DNA of 64,000 bases from an uncultured cyanobacterium. Lineage in GTDB: Bacteria; Cyanobacteriota; Cyanobacteriia; Phormidesmidales; Phormidesmidaceae. The notes under the pieces were generated by a model, which ran no database searches, was not told the origin of the DNA, and saw only the letters and a list, made by a program, of their open reading frames with translations. This document shows, piece after piece, positions 41,050 through 50,868 of this stretch. The stretch spans positions 1,760,001-1,824,000 of the forward strand of contig CAWBZI010000001.1 of NCBI GenBank assembly GCA_963793265.1. The letters are read 5' to 3'. The position numbers and the translations under genes are program-made. Each line of letters begins with the position of its first letter. Position 1 is the first letter of the stretch.

Positions 41050-42795
41050 GTGCATCGAGACTTAGCCGCTCTATCCAACCAATCTTTCGACGTGCTCGTC
41101 ATCGGCGGCGGCATCCACGGCGCTTGCGCAGCCTACGAAGCAGCCCTCAGAGGACTCTCAGTCACCCTCGTAGAACAGTCAGATTTTGCCTCTGGCACTT
41201 CGGCTAATAGCCTCAAGGTCATTCACGGTGGACTGCGCTATCTACAGACTGCTGACTTCAGGCGAATGCGCCAGTCGATTAAAGAGCGTCAGACGCTGAT
41301 GCGAATTGCGCCGCATCTGGTGCATCCGATGCCGGTATTGGTGCCGACCTATGGTCATGGCATTAAAGGTAAGGAGGCGATGACGGTGGCGCTGAAAATG
41401 AATGATGTGATTAGTGGCGATCGCAACTTCCCACTCAAAGATCCCCAAAAGCACATTCCCCCCGGCAGGCTCCTCTCCAAAGCTGCCTGCCTCGAACAGC
41501 TACCTGACCTTCCTACCGATGGACTCACTGGAGCCGCCCAGTTTTACGATGCTCAAGTTTATAACTCGGAGCAGCTTGTGCTGGCGTTTGTGCAGTCGGC
41601 AGCGCAGTATGGGGCGCAGGTTGCGAACTACCTTCGGGTTGTAGGGATAGCGCGAAAGGGCGATCGCGTTACCGGGGCGGTAGTGCAAGATCAGCTTGGC
41701 GGCGATCGCTTCACCATCCAAGCCAAAACCATCCTCAACGCCAGCGGCCCCTGGATTGATCAGCTCGTCTCTATCACCAAAGAGGCCACCGGAAAGGCTA
41801 ACACCGAAGCAGCGACAGCTAAAGCCGCGCCCAAACTAGCCAAGGCGATGAACTTAGTCACGCGGCCCCTGTTTGGCCCACAGCAAAAAAACGCAGTGGG
41901 CATCACTGGCAGAGCCTCGGGTAGCCGTCTATTCTTCGTCGCACCCTGGCGCGGTAAATCTTTAGTCGGCACGTGGTACGGCCCCAATAACGAAGCCATC
42001 TATCCACCAGCAGCCACGACCGCTGAAGTCACCGATTTTCTCACCGACATCAATCAGGCTTACCCCACTTTTAACCTCACCCCTGATGATGTGGAATGGG
42101 TACACTGCGGCCTCCTTCCGAGCGATGGCGTTTCTGCTAAAACAGGCGATATGAAGCTCACCAAAAGCTTTCAGCTCAAAGACCATCGACGTGATGGCTT
42201 AAAAGGTCTGCTTTCGATTAAAGGCGTTAAATACACCACCGCTAGAGACTTAGCGCGAAAGGCAGTGGACTGGGTGTTTCTCGATCAGCAGCGTAGCGCA
42301 CCGCCGTCTTACTCCCACAAAGAGAGATTGTGTGGGGGTGATATTCAGGCGTTTGATCGGTTTATGGCGATCGCAACCAAAACCCACGCCAACAAAATCT
42401 CACCCGAAACCATTAAGCGGCTAGTTCACAACTACGGCTCTGAGTATTCAAAAGTCTTACAGGAGATCGATTCACCGCTGACTGATAGCGCTGAGTCAGA
42501 CAAACAAATCCTCGCCGCTGAGGTGAGATATAGCCTCAGAAACACGATGCCTCAAACGTTAGCAGATGTGGTTTTCAGGCGTACTGAACTAGGCGCTACC
42601 GGACATCCTGGAAATGAGGCTTTGCAGCTTTGTAGTCAAATCATGAGCGAAGCTTTGGGTTGGAGCCCTGATAGACAGGCGGCTGAGATGAAGCAAGTTC
42701 TAGAAAAATTTGGCACTTGGCAAAGAAAAGAGGGCTCCAGTCAACCGTCTTTACCCAGAACGTCTGCCGAGCGATCGCTGCGGTGTGCGGTGTAA
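41050..42795 (+). CDS. Glycerol-3-phosphate dehydrogenase/oxidase-like FAD oxidoreductase
   Basis: IGGGIHG, GTSANSLKVIHGGLRYL, NASGPW, KYTTAR, DVVFRRT. Confidence 0.88.
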   Translation: MHRDLAALSNQSFDVLVIGGGIHGACAAYEAALRGLSVTLVEQSDFASGTSANSLKVIHGGLRYLQTADFRRMRQSIKERQTLMRIAPHLVHPMPVLVPTYGHGIKGKEAMTVALKMNDVISGDRNFPLKDPQKHIPPGRLLSKAACLEQLPDLPTDGLTGAAQFYDAQVYNSEQLVLAFVQSAAQYGAQVANYLRVVGIARKGDRVTGAVVQDQLGGDRFTIQAKTILNASGPWIDQLVSITKEATGKANTEAATAKAAPKLAKAMNLVTRPLFGPQQKNAVGITGRASGSRLFFVAPWRGKSLVGTWYGPNNEAIYPPAATTAEVTDFLTDINQAYPTFNLTPDDVEWVHCGLLPSDGVSAKTGDMKLTKSFQLKDHRRDGLKGLLSIKGVKYTTARDLARKAVDWVFLDQQRSAPPSYSHKERLCGGDIQAFDRFMAIATKTHANKISPETIKRLVHNYGSEYSKVLQEIDSPLTDSAESDKQILAAEVRYSLRNTMPQTLADVVFRRTELGATGHPGNEALQLCSQIMSEALGWSPDRQAAEMKQVLEKFGTWQRKEGSSQPSLPRTSAERSLRCAV

Positions 42796-42857
42796 GTTTT
42801 CCGCCAGCCGTCCTATCATCAGGGTTTTCGCCATCTTTCACCAGCATTTCTTCCGCT

Positions 42858-43466
42858 ATGCCTTCACCCATTGCTCACTCTGTTACAGGCTACGCCCTAG
42901 CCCACATCCCGTTCATCAAGGCTCGCACCTTTCCCAGTCGGCTCTGGCCCATGACGCCGCTCGCCACCCTCTACGCCCTGTTCATCACCAACCTGCCTGA
43001 TCTAGACTTCGTGCCTCAGATCGTCACTGGATTGCGGTTTCATAGAGGCCCCTCACACAGTCTACTGAGCGCCCTTATCGTCAGCAGCCTGCTAGCCGGA
43101 ATCGTTCACTACTACCGCAAGTCTCGTGCAAAACCCGGTCGCTTACTTAACTACAAAAGCCTGTTTACCCTCACCTTCGGGCTCTACAGCTCCCACCTAT
43201 TGCTCGACCTGTTCACCCGTGGCGGCAACGGAATTCCGCTACTTTGGCCCATAACCGACCAGCGGGTTCAGCTTCCTTTTGCTATCTTCCCATCCGTCCA
43301 TCACTCGCTCGGACTCTGGAATGCTAGCCACATAGTCTTTATCAGCGCAGAACTCATCTACTCAGCCTGCCTGCTCACTAGCCTGTGGCTCATCAAATCC
43401 AACGCTCAGCCCAACGCCACTCAGCGCTCCTCAGATTCACAGCCAGATTCACAGCCAGATTCATAG
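42858..43466 (+). CDS. YdjM-like membrane metal-dependent hydrolase
   Basis: MPSPIAH, LPDLD, HRGPSHS, SHLLLD, PLLWP. Confidence 0.88.
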   Translation: MPSPIAHSVTGYALAHIPFIKARTFPSRLWPMTPLATLYALFITNLPDLDFVPQIVTGLRFHRGPSHSLLSALIVSSLLAGIVHYYRKSRAKPGRLLNYKSLFTLTFGLYSSHLLLDLFTRGGNGIPLLWPITDQRVQLPFAIFPSVHHSLGLWNASHIVFISAELIYSACLLTSLWLIKSNAQPNATQRSSDSQPDSQPDS

Positions 43467-43468
43467 CC

Positions 43469-44284
43469 ATGACTTCGCAACCCGATCAAACGCATCTAGC
43501 CCAAACCCACCTATTAGTAGACGCCCACGTTCACCTGCACGACTGTTTTGATTTAGCGCAGTTCTTAAACGCAGCCCTAACTAATTTTCAAAGGCAAAGC
43601 CAGCAGCTCAAGCTAGCGCCCCCAATCATAGGCGCGCTCCTCCTGGCAGAAGTCAGCGGCGTTAATGCTTTTGCGGAGTTAAAGGCAAACTTGCAGAGTC
43701 TTAATAGCCAGATGTCGGACTGGGAAATTTGCGCCACTGAAGAGGACTGCTCGCTTTGGGTTAAGCACAGCGACGGGCACGCCATGTTGATTGCCGCTGG
43801 TCGGCAGGCGGTAACTCAAGAAGGGATTGAAGTGTTGGCTTTGATGACGGCGGCTGTGGTTCGCGATCGCCTAACCCTATCAGACACCCTAGAGCAAGTG
43901 ATCGCAGCAGGCGGACTACCCGTGCTGCCCTGGGGTGTGGGCAAATGGATTGGCAAACGCGGCGGGCTCGTAAAGCAGCAGCTAGAGACGGCGAATGCGC
44001 CTTTATTTGCTGGTGATAACGGCGGCAGACCAGGCTTTTGGCCTCTGCCCGACTACTTTCAACAGCGCCTGCAGCTACCGGGCACCGATCCCCTACCGCT
44101 GCCTTATGAAGTCAGCCGCGCGGGCAGCTATGGCTTTTTGACTCGGGGCGATATTGACTGGGCTCATCCTTGCAAAAGTCTCAAGCAGATTTTGCTGGCC
44201 GAGAAACCTACTATTCAGGCTTACGGGCGATCGCTCTCTCCCCTAAAATTCATCCAAAGCCAAACCCTCATCCGCCTAAAGTAA
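43469..44284 (+). CDS. Hypothetical PHP-like protein
   Basis: DAHVHLH, VLPWGVGKW, GTDPLP. Confidence 0.7.
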   Translation: MTSQPDQTHLAQTHLLVDAHVHLHDCFDLAQFLNAALTNFQRQSQQLKLAPPIIGALLLAEVSGVNAFAELKANLQSLNSQMSDWEICATEEDCSLWVKHSDGHAMLIAAGRQAVTQEGIEVLALMTAAVVRDRLTLSDTLEQVIAAGGLPVLPWGVGKWIGKRGGLVKQQLETANAPLFAGDNGGRPGFWPLPDYFQQRLQLPGTDPLPLPYEVSRAGSYGFLTRGDIDWAHPCKSLKQILLAEKPTIQAYGRSLSPLKFIQSQTLIRLK

Positions 44285-44324
44285 ATCTCACCCTTTTATA
44301 CGCACTTCTATCCACGCACCTACC

Positions 44325-45062
44325 ATGATCTCCACCCATCCCTTTCCTGAAACTGCCGATATTGAAACGTCTTCAGCCGACTACGCGACCCGGTTCTCAG
44401 GCCCCACGGGTCGGTGGCTATTAGACGTGCAGGCGCAGGCAACGCTGGCGATGCTGAAAGATTATCCGCAGGCCAAAATTTTAGAAGTTGGCGGTGGACA
44501 CGGGCAGCTAACTTCGCACTTAATCGAAGCAGGGCATTCAGTTACTGTGATTGGGAGCGATGAAAGCTGCGAAGAACAGATTCGGCCTTTGGTGGAAGCT
44601 AGGCAGTGCAAGTTTCAGGTCGGTAACGTGCTGGCAATGCCTTATGCCGATAGTGCTTTTGATGTGGTGATTAGCTATCGGTTTTTAGCGCATGTTGAGC
44701 AGTGGCAGGCGTTTATGAGTGAACTCGCGCGGGTGGCGAGCAAAGCTGTGATTGTTGACTATCCAACGTTGCGCAGCGTCAACTACATTACGCCGCTGTT
44801 GTTTTCACTCAAAAAAGGCGTGGAGGGCAATACGCGGCCCTATACCTGCTACGACGAGTCTGAGCTGATGGGCTATGCGAAAAGTGTGGGATTGGAGACG
44901 GGCGATCGCTATCCCCAATTCTTTTGGCCCATGGTCGTTCACCGAATGCTCAAAAAGCCCAAAGTATCAGCACCTTTAGAAAGCAGCGCAAGAGCATTAG
45001 GACTCTCTAAACTTTTTGGCTCACCCGTCATTACTAAATTCGTCAAAGCAGGAGGCAACTAA
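44325..45062 (+). CDS. Class I SAM-dependent methyltransferase
   Basis: ILEVGGGHG, MPYADSAFDVV, ELARVA. Confidence 0.88.
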   Translation: MISTHPFPETADIETSSADYATRFSGPTGRWLLDVQAQATLAMLKDYPQAKILEVGGGHGQLTSHLIEAGHSVTVIGSDESCEEQIRPLVEARQCKFQVGNVLAMPYADSAFDVVISYRFLAHVEQWQAFMSELARVASKAVIVDYPTLRSVNYITPLLFSLKKGVEGNTRPYTCYDESELMGYAKSVGLETGDRYPQFFWPMVVHRMLKKPKVSAPLESSARALGLSKLFGSPVITKFVKAGGN

Positions 45063-45063
45063 C

Positions 45064-46098
45064 ATGGCTGATTCAACCGTAGCGAATACGCAACTGCCGC
45101 CAAATTCGCGCGCTCTAGTCACAGGTGCCACTGGCTTTACCGGATCTGTTCTGGTTCGTAAGCTGGTTGAGCAAGGGGTGGAAGTGGTTGCGATCGCCCG
45201 CCCTACCTCAAACATCCAACAGTTCGACGGACTGCCGATTGAATGGGTAAAAGGCGACGTATTCGACAAAGCCCTAATCGACAACGCCATGCAAAACGTC
45301 ACCCACATTTTCCATATGGTGACCCCCTTCCGCGAAGCCAAATCACCCGATGAAGGCTACTACAACGTGCATGTCCTCAGCACCCAGCACCTTGCAAAAG
45401 CCGCACTCACTCAGCCCAACTTTCAAAGATTCGTCCACGTATCCACCATCGGCGTTCACGGCCACATCGCCAATCCGCCCGCTGATGAAACCTATCGCAC
45501 CGAGCCAGGAGACGTTTATCAGCAGTCTAAGCTAGAAGGCGAAGAGTGGATTAAAGCCTTTGGCAAAGAAAGCGGCCTGCCGGTAACTGTTATCCGACCG
45601 GCTGGTATTTATGGCCCCGGTGAAAAGCGACTGCTCAAAATCTACAAAATGGTCAGCAAAGGCTGGGTGCCTGCCATTGGCAACGGCGGCAATCTTCTGC
45701 ACTTCATTCACGTTGACGATCTCACCGACTGTTTGCTAGTGAGTGCCAACCATCCTAAAGCAGTGGGCGAGACGTTTATTTGTGGTAGCAAAGAGGCGAT
45801 CGCCTTCAAAGATATGGTCGCCCTCATCAGCGAACAATACAACGTCTCCGCCAGATTCATCTCACTCCCCGGCCCGCCCCTATTCGCCATAGCCGACCTC
45901 TGCGAAGCCATCTTCCGCCCCCTCGGTATCGAGCCTCCCATCTATCGCAGACGGCTCGCCTTCTACACCAAAGACCGCTCCTTCGACACCTCAAAAATCA
46001 GAAACCTCCTGGGCTTCACCCCCCACCACTCAGACCAAGAAGGACTCAAAGAACTCGGCCAGTGGTACTTAGATCAGCAGTGGGTTTCTCTGTCATAA
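45064..46098 (+). CDS. NAD-dependent epimerase/dehydratase
   Basis: VTGATGFTG, YQQSK, IYGPG, FIHVDDL. Confidence 0.92.
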   Translation: MADSTVANTQLPPNSRALVTGATGFTGSVLVRKLVEQGVEVVAIARPTSNIQQFDGLPIEWVKGDVFDKALIDNAMQNVTHIFHMVTPFREAKSPDEGYYNVHVLSTQHLAKAALTQPNFQRFVHVSTIGVHGHIANPPADETYRTEPGDVYQQSKLEGEEWIKAFGKESGLPVTVIRPAGIYGPGEKRLLKIYKMVSKGWVPAIGNGGNLLHFIHVDDLTDCLLVSANHPKAVGETFICGSKEAIAFKDMVALISEQYNVSARFISLPGPPLFAIADLCEAIFRPLGIEPPIYRRRLAFYTKDRSFDTSKIRNLLGFTPHHSDQEGLKELGQWYLDQQWVSLS

Positions 46099-46141
46099 AC
46101 CGATCCCATACAACAACCCTATAAAGCCGCCCTTAAAACGC

Positions 46142-46903
46142 ATGACACATACCGACAACAGAACGCTGATTAATAAAGTTCCGCTATCGCAACAGCTTAA
46201 TCAGAAAGAGACTTCTCTATTAAAAAGCTATCAAGACAAAGTACTAGGCAACGATTCACTAGCGGCTTTGTTAGGCTATGAGCTAGCGACTCTTCTGTTT
46301 AGTAATCTTTCAGGTGGACTTGGCTACGTCTTAAGGAAACGTTTCTATCGCGGCTTGTTCAAAAGCGTTGGCAGCAGTGCGATTTTCGGGAAAGGCGTTG
46401 TGCTAAGGCATCCCGGCAAAATTTCGCTGGGCGATCGCGTCGCGATAGACGACTACACGCTGCTAGATGCCAGCGGCGCGGGTAAACACATCAGCCTGGG
46501 CGATAGCGTTATTATCTCTCGCAACTGTGTCATTCAGGGCAAAACTGGGTTCGTGGAAATCGGAGATAAAACAGACATTGGCTGCAACACCGTTATCTCT
46601 TCTTGCGCTGGCATTTCAATTGGCAAGTCGGTGCTCATCGCCGGGAACTGCTATATCGGCGGCGGTAGATATGTGTCTGATCGGCTAGACATCCCAATGA
46701 TGGAACAAGGCGTGTATTCCAAAGGGAAAGTCGTTATCAAAGATGGCACCTGGCTGGGCGCGGGCGCGACGGTGTTAGACGGCGTTCAGGTTGGCGAAGG
46801 TTGTATTGTCGGTGCTGGGGCGGTGGTGACTAAAGACTTGCCGGACTATGCGATCGCCGTTGGTGTTCCCGCCAAGGTTATTAAGATGCGATCGCCACAA
46901 TAA
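46142..46903 (+). CDS. Hexapeptide-repeat acyltransferase
   Basis: Left-handed beta-helix repeats; WLGAGATVLDGV, GAGAVVTKD, GVPAK. Confidence 0.9.
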   Translation: MTHTDNRTLINKVPLSQQLNQKETSLLKSYQDKVLGNDSLAALLGYELATLLFSNLSGGLGYVLRKRFYRGLFKSVGSSAIFGKGVVLRHPGKISLGDRVAIDDYTLLDASGAGKHISLGDSVIISRNCVIQGKTGFVEIGDKTDIGCNTVISSCAGISIGKSVLIAGNCYIGGGRYVSDRLDIPMMEQGVYSKGKVVIKDGTWLGAGATVLDGVQVGEGCIVGAGAVVTKDLPDYAIAVGVPAKVIKMRSPQ

Positions 46904-46953
46904 AGCATCACCCTGAAAGCACAAAAGAAATCCACACAGCCACGACACCCGAG

Positions 46954-48078
46954 ATGACAGACCCAATCCGCGTAATGCACATTATCGACAAGCTCAGCGT
47001 TTCGGGCTCGGGCGTTCACGGCATCACCAAAGCCTTTGAGTGGTGGATACCCCGCTTCGATCCGCAGCGCTTCAAGCTCAGCGTTTGCTCGCTCAGAGCC
47101 CCCGAAAAGGCGGGTAAAACATTAGAAGAAAAAGGTGCGGACGTCTTCTTTTTAAACAAAGGCAAGTTCGACCCGACCACGCTCACCGACCTGCTCAAGC
47201 TAATCAAGCAGCAAAAGCCCCACGTGCTCCATCTGCACGGCTACGGCGCTAGCAATTTTGGCCGCTTGGCTAGCCTCGTCACCGGCCTGCCAAATATTGT
47301 GCACGAACATGCCGTTTTGCCCAACCAGCCGCTCTATCAAACGGTGGCCGATCGGGTGCTTTCGCCAGTGACCACCAAGGCGATCGCAGTCTCCGCAGGC
47401 GTCGCAAACTTCCTCACCCAGCAGCGCGCGATTCCCAAAAGCAAGCTTGAAACGCTCATTATCGGGCTACCCCTCACCAGCGTTGATAAATACGATGCTC
47501 AAGCCGTCCAGCAAAAGCGCCAGCAGCTCGGCATCGCAGACCACGAAAAAGTCGTCAGCACCATCGGTCGGCTAGACACGCAGAAAGGCCAAATCTATCT
47601 ACTCGAAGCTGCCGCTACCGTCCTAAAAACTCTGCCCGACACTCATTTTCTGATTGTTGGAGACGGCCCCGATCAGGACATGCTAAAGGCAGCAGCCAAA
47701 CAAGGAGGCATCGAGCAAAACGTTATCTTCACAGGCTTCCGTGACGACGTACCCGCTCTTTTAGCAATGTCAGATCTCGTAGCCATGCCTTCACTGTGGG
47801 AAGGGTTACCACTCGCCCTACTCGAAGCGATGAACCTCAACAAAGCGGTCATCGGTACGGCAGCTCCCGGCATCGAAGAAGTGATTCAAGAGGGCGAAAC
47901 CGGCTTTCTTATTCCCACCAAAAACGCTAGCGCCCTCGCTGACAAACTTATCGTGCTGCTGCAAGATCCTCAGCTCACAGCGCGCATGGGCCAAAACGCA
48001 GGAGAAGCATCTAAACAATACGATATTCATCATTCAGTTAAGCGACTTAGCGAAATCTATACGCAGCTAGCTAGCTAA
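46954..48078 (+). CDS. GT4 glycosyltransferase
   Basis: IGRLDTQKG, PSLWEGLPLALLEAM. Confidence 0.92.
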   Translation: MTDPIRVMHIIDKLSVSGSGVHGITKAFEWWIPRFDPQRFKLSVCSLRAPEKAGKTLEEKGADVFFLNKGKFDPTTLTDLLKLIKQQKPHVLHLHGYGASNFGRLASLVTGLPNIVHEHAVLPNQPLYQTVADRVLSPVTTKAIAVSAGVANFLTQQRAIPKSKLETLIIGLPLTSVDKYDAQAVQQKRQQLGIADHEKVVSTIGRLDTQKGQIYLLEAAATVLKTLPDTHFLIVGDGPDQDMLKAAAKQGGIEQNVIFTGFRDDVPALLAMSDLVAMPSLWEGLPLALLEAMNLNKAVIGTAAPGIEEVIQEGETGFLIPTKNASALADKLIVLLQDPQLTARMGQNAGEASKQYDIHHSVKRLSEIYTQLAS

Positions 48079-48119
48079 TAGGCTGTATATTTGCAACATT
48101 TAACATTCGTTTTACGTTC

Positions 48120-49049
48120 ATGCCAACAGTTACGCATCCTACCGATTTGCTCCACGAACTCGCTAAGGGAACCACTCTCATTTTCGCTCCTCATATGGAC
48201 GATGCTGTTCTAGGATGCGGCGGCACCTTAGCCAGTTTAGAATCCAAAGAAAATATCCATGTCGTCTACGCCACTGACGGATCGCGATCACCCGTACCCG
48301 ACTCACTGCGCACGGCCAAATCATCGAGTGAACTGCGTACTATCCGCGCCCAAGAAGCCCAGCGCGCGCTCAGCATGTTAGGCGTTCCTCCACAAAATCT
48401 TCACTTCTTAGACTTTCCAGATGGCTCACTATCTCGCTGCCGCAACAAATTCTATCTCGCAGTTGTTGACCTACTAAAGCACCTTCAGCCCACCTGCGTT
48501 TTAATGCCCTTTCGGTACGACTGCCACACCGATCATGTGACCGTGAGTGCGATCGCTACCAAAGCAATCCACTTTCACAATTCCAATATCCAAACCTTCG
48601 AGTACTTTATCTACTACCGCCTTCAGCTTCTCCCCAAAAAAGACCTCCGCACCTACCTCCGCCCCGACTACCTGCTCTCCTCTGATATCAACACCTACTC
48701 ACACCAAAAAAGGCAATCTCTCGAAGCATTTGAAACTCAAACAACCTGCTTTTACCCCTGGCAAACGCGCCCGATGCTGTCTGCCAGCTTATTAGATGAA
48801 GTCTGCCTTACCCCAGAGCTTTTTCTAGACGCTAGCGCATTAGGTTCAAAGACCAGTCCCTTCGCCCAAAGCCCTCGACTCATCCCGCTGATCACCCACG
48901 TAGAACCCGTACTCAAAAAGACGAAAACTCGGGCGCTTCTTTTTCTCAAAACGCTGATCAAATTCATCCGTACGGGTCTAAAAGCTCAGCCTTCCAAACG
49001 TTACAAAAACCGTGATTCTCAAAAAAACAATGGCAACCTTGAAGTCTAG
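48120..49049 (+). CDS. PIG-L/LmbE-family deacetylase
   Basis: APHMDDAVLGCGG, TDG, HTDH. Confidence 0.88.
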   Translation: MPTVTHPTDLLHELAKGTTLIFAPHMDDAVLGCGGTLASLESKENIHVVYATDGSRSPVPDSLRTAKSSSELRTIRAQEAQRALSMLGVPPQNLHFLDFPDGSLSRCRNKFYLAVVDLLKHLQPTCVLMPFRYDCHTDHVTVSAIATKAIHFHNSNIQTFEYFIYYRLQLLPKKDLRTYLRPDYLLSSDINTYSHQKRQSLEAFETQTTCFYPWQTRPMLSASLLDEVCLTPELFLDASALGSKTSPFAQSPRLIPLITHVEPVLKKTKTRALLFLKTLIKFIRTGLKAQPSKRYKNRDSQKNNGNLEV

Positions 49050-49539
49050 TCCAAACCAAGTTACTGCGGCTAAGGCTTTAGCGTCTTTTGTTATTCTCAC
49101 CGTTATTTCGATTCAGTCGTACGCAGCCATACTTCACCGAGTCTGTAGTCGCCCGATACCGCTGTTCTGCGCCCTCCCAAAAGAGCCGGGGCTATATCCC
49201 TTTCTCGACTATCCCATGTACAAAACAGCGCACTTAGAAGGGGAATCTATTGATAACTATGCTCTAATTGGCGTCTTTGCAGACAACACTCAAAAACAGC
49301 TAGCACCCTCAGATTTTGGGCTGTCGCTCTATCAGTTCAATCGAGGGCTAGTCGAAGCTGTCAAAACCGATAATCTATCTAAAATACGAGACTACACCAG
49401 CGCTTACAACCAAATAAGCGAGCCGCCGTTTGTACAGCTACAGCTTGAAAATCGTCCCTTAGTAATTACGGCAGACGGGGTGAAAGAAGGCGTTAAAGCA
49501 GAAGTTAACCGAACTCCGGCGGCTTCCCCGGCTAAATAG
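49030..49539 (+). CDS. Membrane-anchored hypothetical protein
   Basis: N-terminal TM, YPFLDYPMY motif; in operon. Confidence 0.7.
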   Translation: MATLKSSPNQVTAAKALASFVILTVISIQSYAAILHRVCSRPIPLFCALPKEPGLYPFLDYPMYKTAHLEGESIDNYALIGVFADNTQKQLAPSDFGLSLYQFNRGLVEAVKTDNLSKIRDYTSAYNQISEPPFVQLQLENRPLVITADGVKEGVKAEVNRTPAASPAK

Positions 49540-49593
49540 GTCAGTTAACACAATAATCGAACAATCCGTTCAACCATAAAGAAGCGCTAAGCA

Positions 49594-50865
49594 ATGACCG
49601 CCAGCAAAAAACAATTCATACCTCTAAATATATGGAACAACTATTGGTTTCATCCTGCGCCTTCGTTCAATCTGGCAATATGCCGCATTATTATCATCGG
49701 GGTTCAACTGGGCTATCTTCTCGTTGAGGATTATGCGCCCAATGTGATGTCGCAAACAGCGATACCAGGACGCACCTATAGTCCGCTGCCGGTTTTCCAA
49801 CTGCTCAATGCACCTTTTCCTTGGCATGCACCCCCTTCTGCTTTTCTGATAGCGGTTCTCTTAGCGACCTTTGTCTCTGGCGCGTTGTCAGTAGTTGGCT
49901 TCAAGACCAACTTTAATCTGTTGGTATTCGCGCTCGGCAACGTATATATCCAGACCTATCTCTATTCATTCGGATCGTTTCACCATCCCGAAGCGATTAT
50001 GCTAATTGCGCTCTTCATTTTGGCTCTGAGCCCAGCAGGAAAGGCAATTTCAATAGATGATTTTAGCGATCGCCTCAAAAGAAACCTCTACACTCAAAGC
50101 GTTCAACCCACCCACACCCTTCAAGCAAATAGCCTCCTCAGCCGATGGCCTCTACTCCTAATCCAGTGGCTATTCGCCATCACCTACTTTTCCGCCGCTC
50201 TCAACAAGCTCTCCGTAGACGGCCCTGGCCTAGCCTTCAGCGCCAACTGGATGAATGGATACACCCTGCAGTACTACCTCCTCACCGACGGGCTGCTGTG
50301 GAATAGCAGCTTTGGCGTTTGGCTAGGCCACCAGCACCAGCTAGCCATCGTCTCCTCGTGGGTAGCCATCCTCTTTGAAAGCACCATATTCCTCACCCTC
50401 ATTTTCCCCAAGCTCGTTTGGATATACGTTCCCACTGGCATCGCCTTCCATCTCGGTATCTACTTCGCTCAGCGCGCTCCCTTCTTTCAATACCTGCCGC
50501 TCTACGCGGTCTTTATTCCCTGGAGCGCCGTTGCCAAAGCGATCGCTCATCGACTAAAACGGTCGTATCAGCACCATCCGAAGCCTGAACTTATCTACGA
50601 TAGTTCGCGCGCAGGCTGCATTCGCGCGGCGACGTTGCTACGCTATTTTGATTGGAGTGATCGCCTCGCCTACAGCCCGCAGCAAAGCCTCGAACCGCCT
50701 CGACAAAATACGCCGCGCGATGAAAGTAAACTGTCCCTCGCGCAGCCAAACGGCACCCAAATCCAGGGCAATCTGGCATTCCGCAAGGCAATTCGCTACA
50801 TTCCACCGCTCTGGCCGCTGCTACCGCTGACGTATCTACCCACAAACCACCAAGTCGCCCTCTAG
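49594..50865 (+). CDS. HTTM-like integral membrane protein with DCC-like C-terminal domain
   Basis: WNNYWF..NLAICR, SPAGKAISID, YFSAALNKL, WMNG, FHLGI; tail LIYDSSRAGC...DWSDRL. Confidence 0.72.
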   Translation: MTASKKQFIPLNIWNNYWFHPAPSFNLAICRIIIIGVQLGYLLVEDYAPNVMSQTAIPGRTYSPLPVFQLLNAPFPWHAPPSAFLIAVLLATFVSGALSVVGFKTNFNLLVFALGNVYIQTYLYSFGSFHHPEAIMLIALFILALSPAGKAISIDDFSDRLKRNLYTQSVQPTHTLQANSLLSRWPLLLIQWLFAITYFSAALNKLSVDGPGLAFSANWMNGYTLQYYLLTDGLLWNSSFGVWLGHQHQLAIVSSWVAILFESTIFLTLIFPKLVWIYVPTGIAFHLGIYFAQRAPFFQYLPLYAVFIPWSAVAKAIAHRLKRSYQHHPKPELIYDSSRAGCIRAATLLRYFDWSDRLAYSPQQSLEPPRQNTPRDESKLSLAQPNGTQIQGNLAFRKAIRYIPPLWPLLPLTYLPTNHQVAL

Positions 50866-50868
50866 CTT

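Noticed and set aside
43431..43463. 12-bp tandem repeat (DSQP) as a phase-variation switch
   Set aside because: Unit length is a multiple of three and lies in a disordered C-terminus
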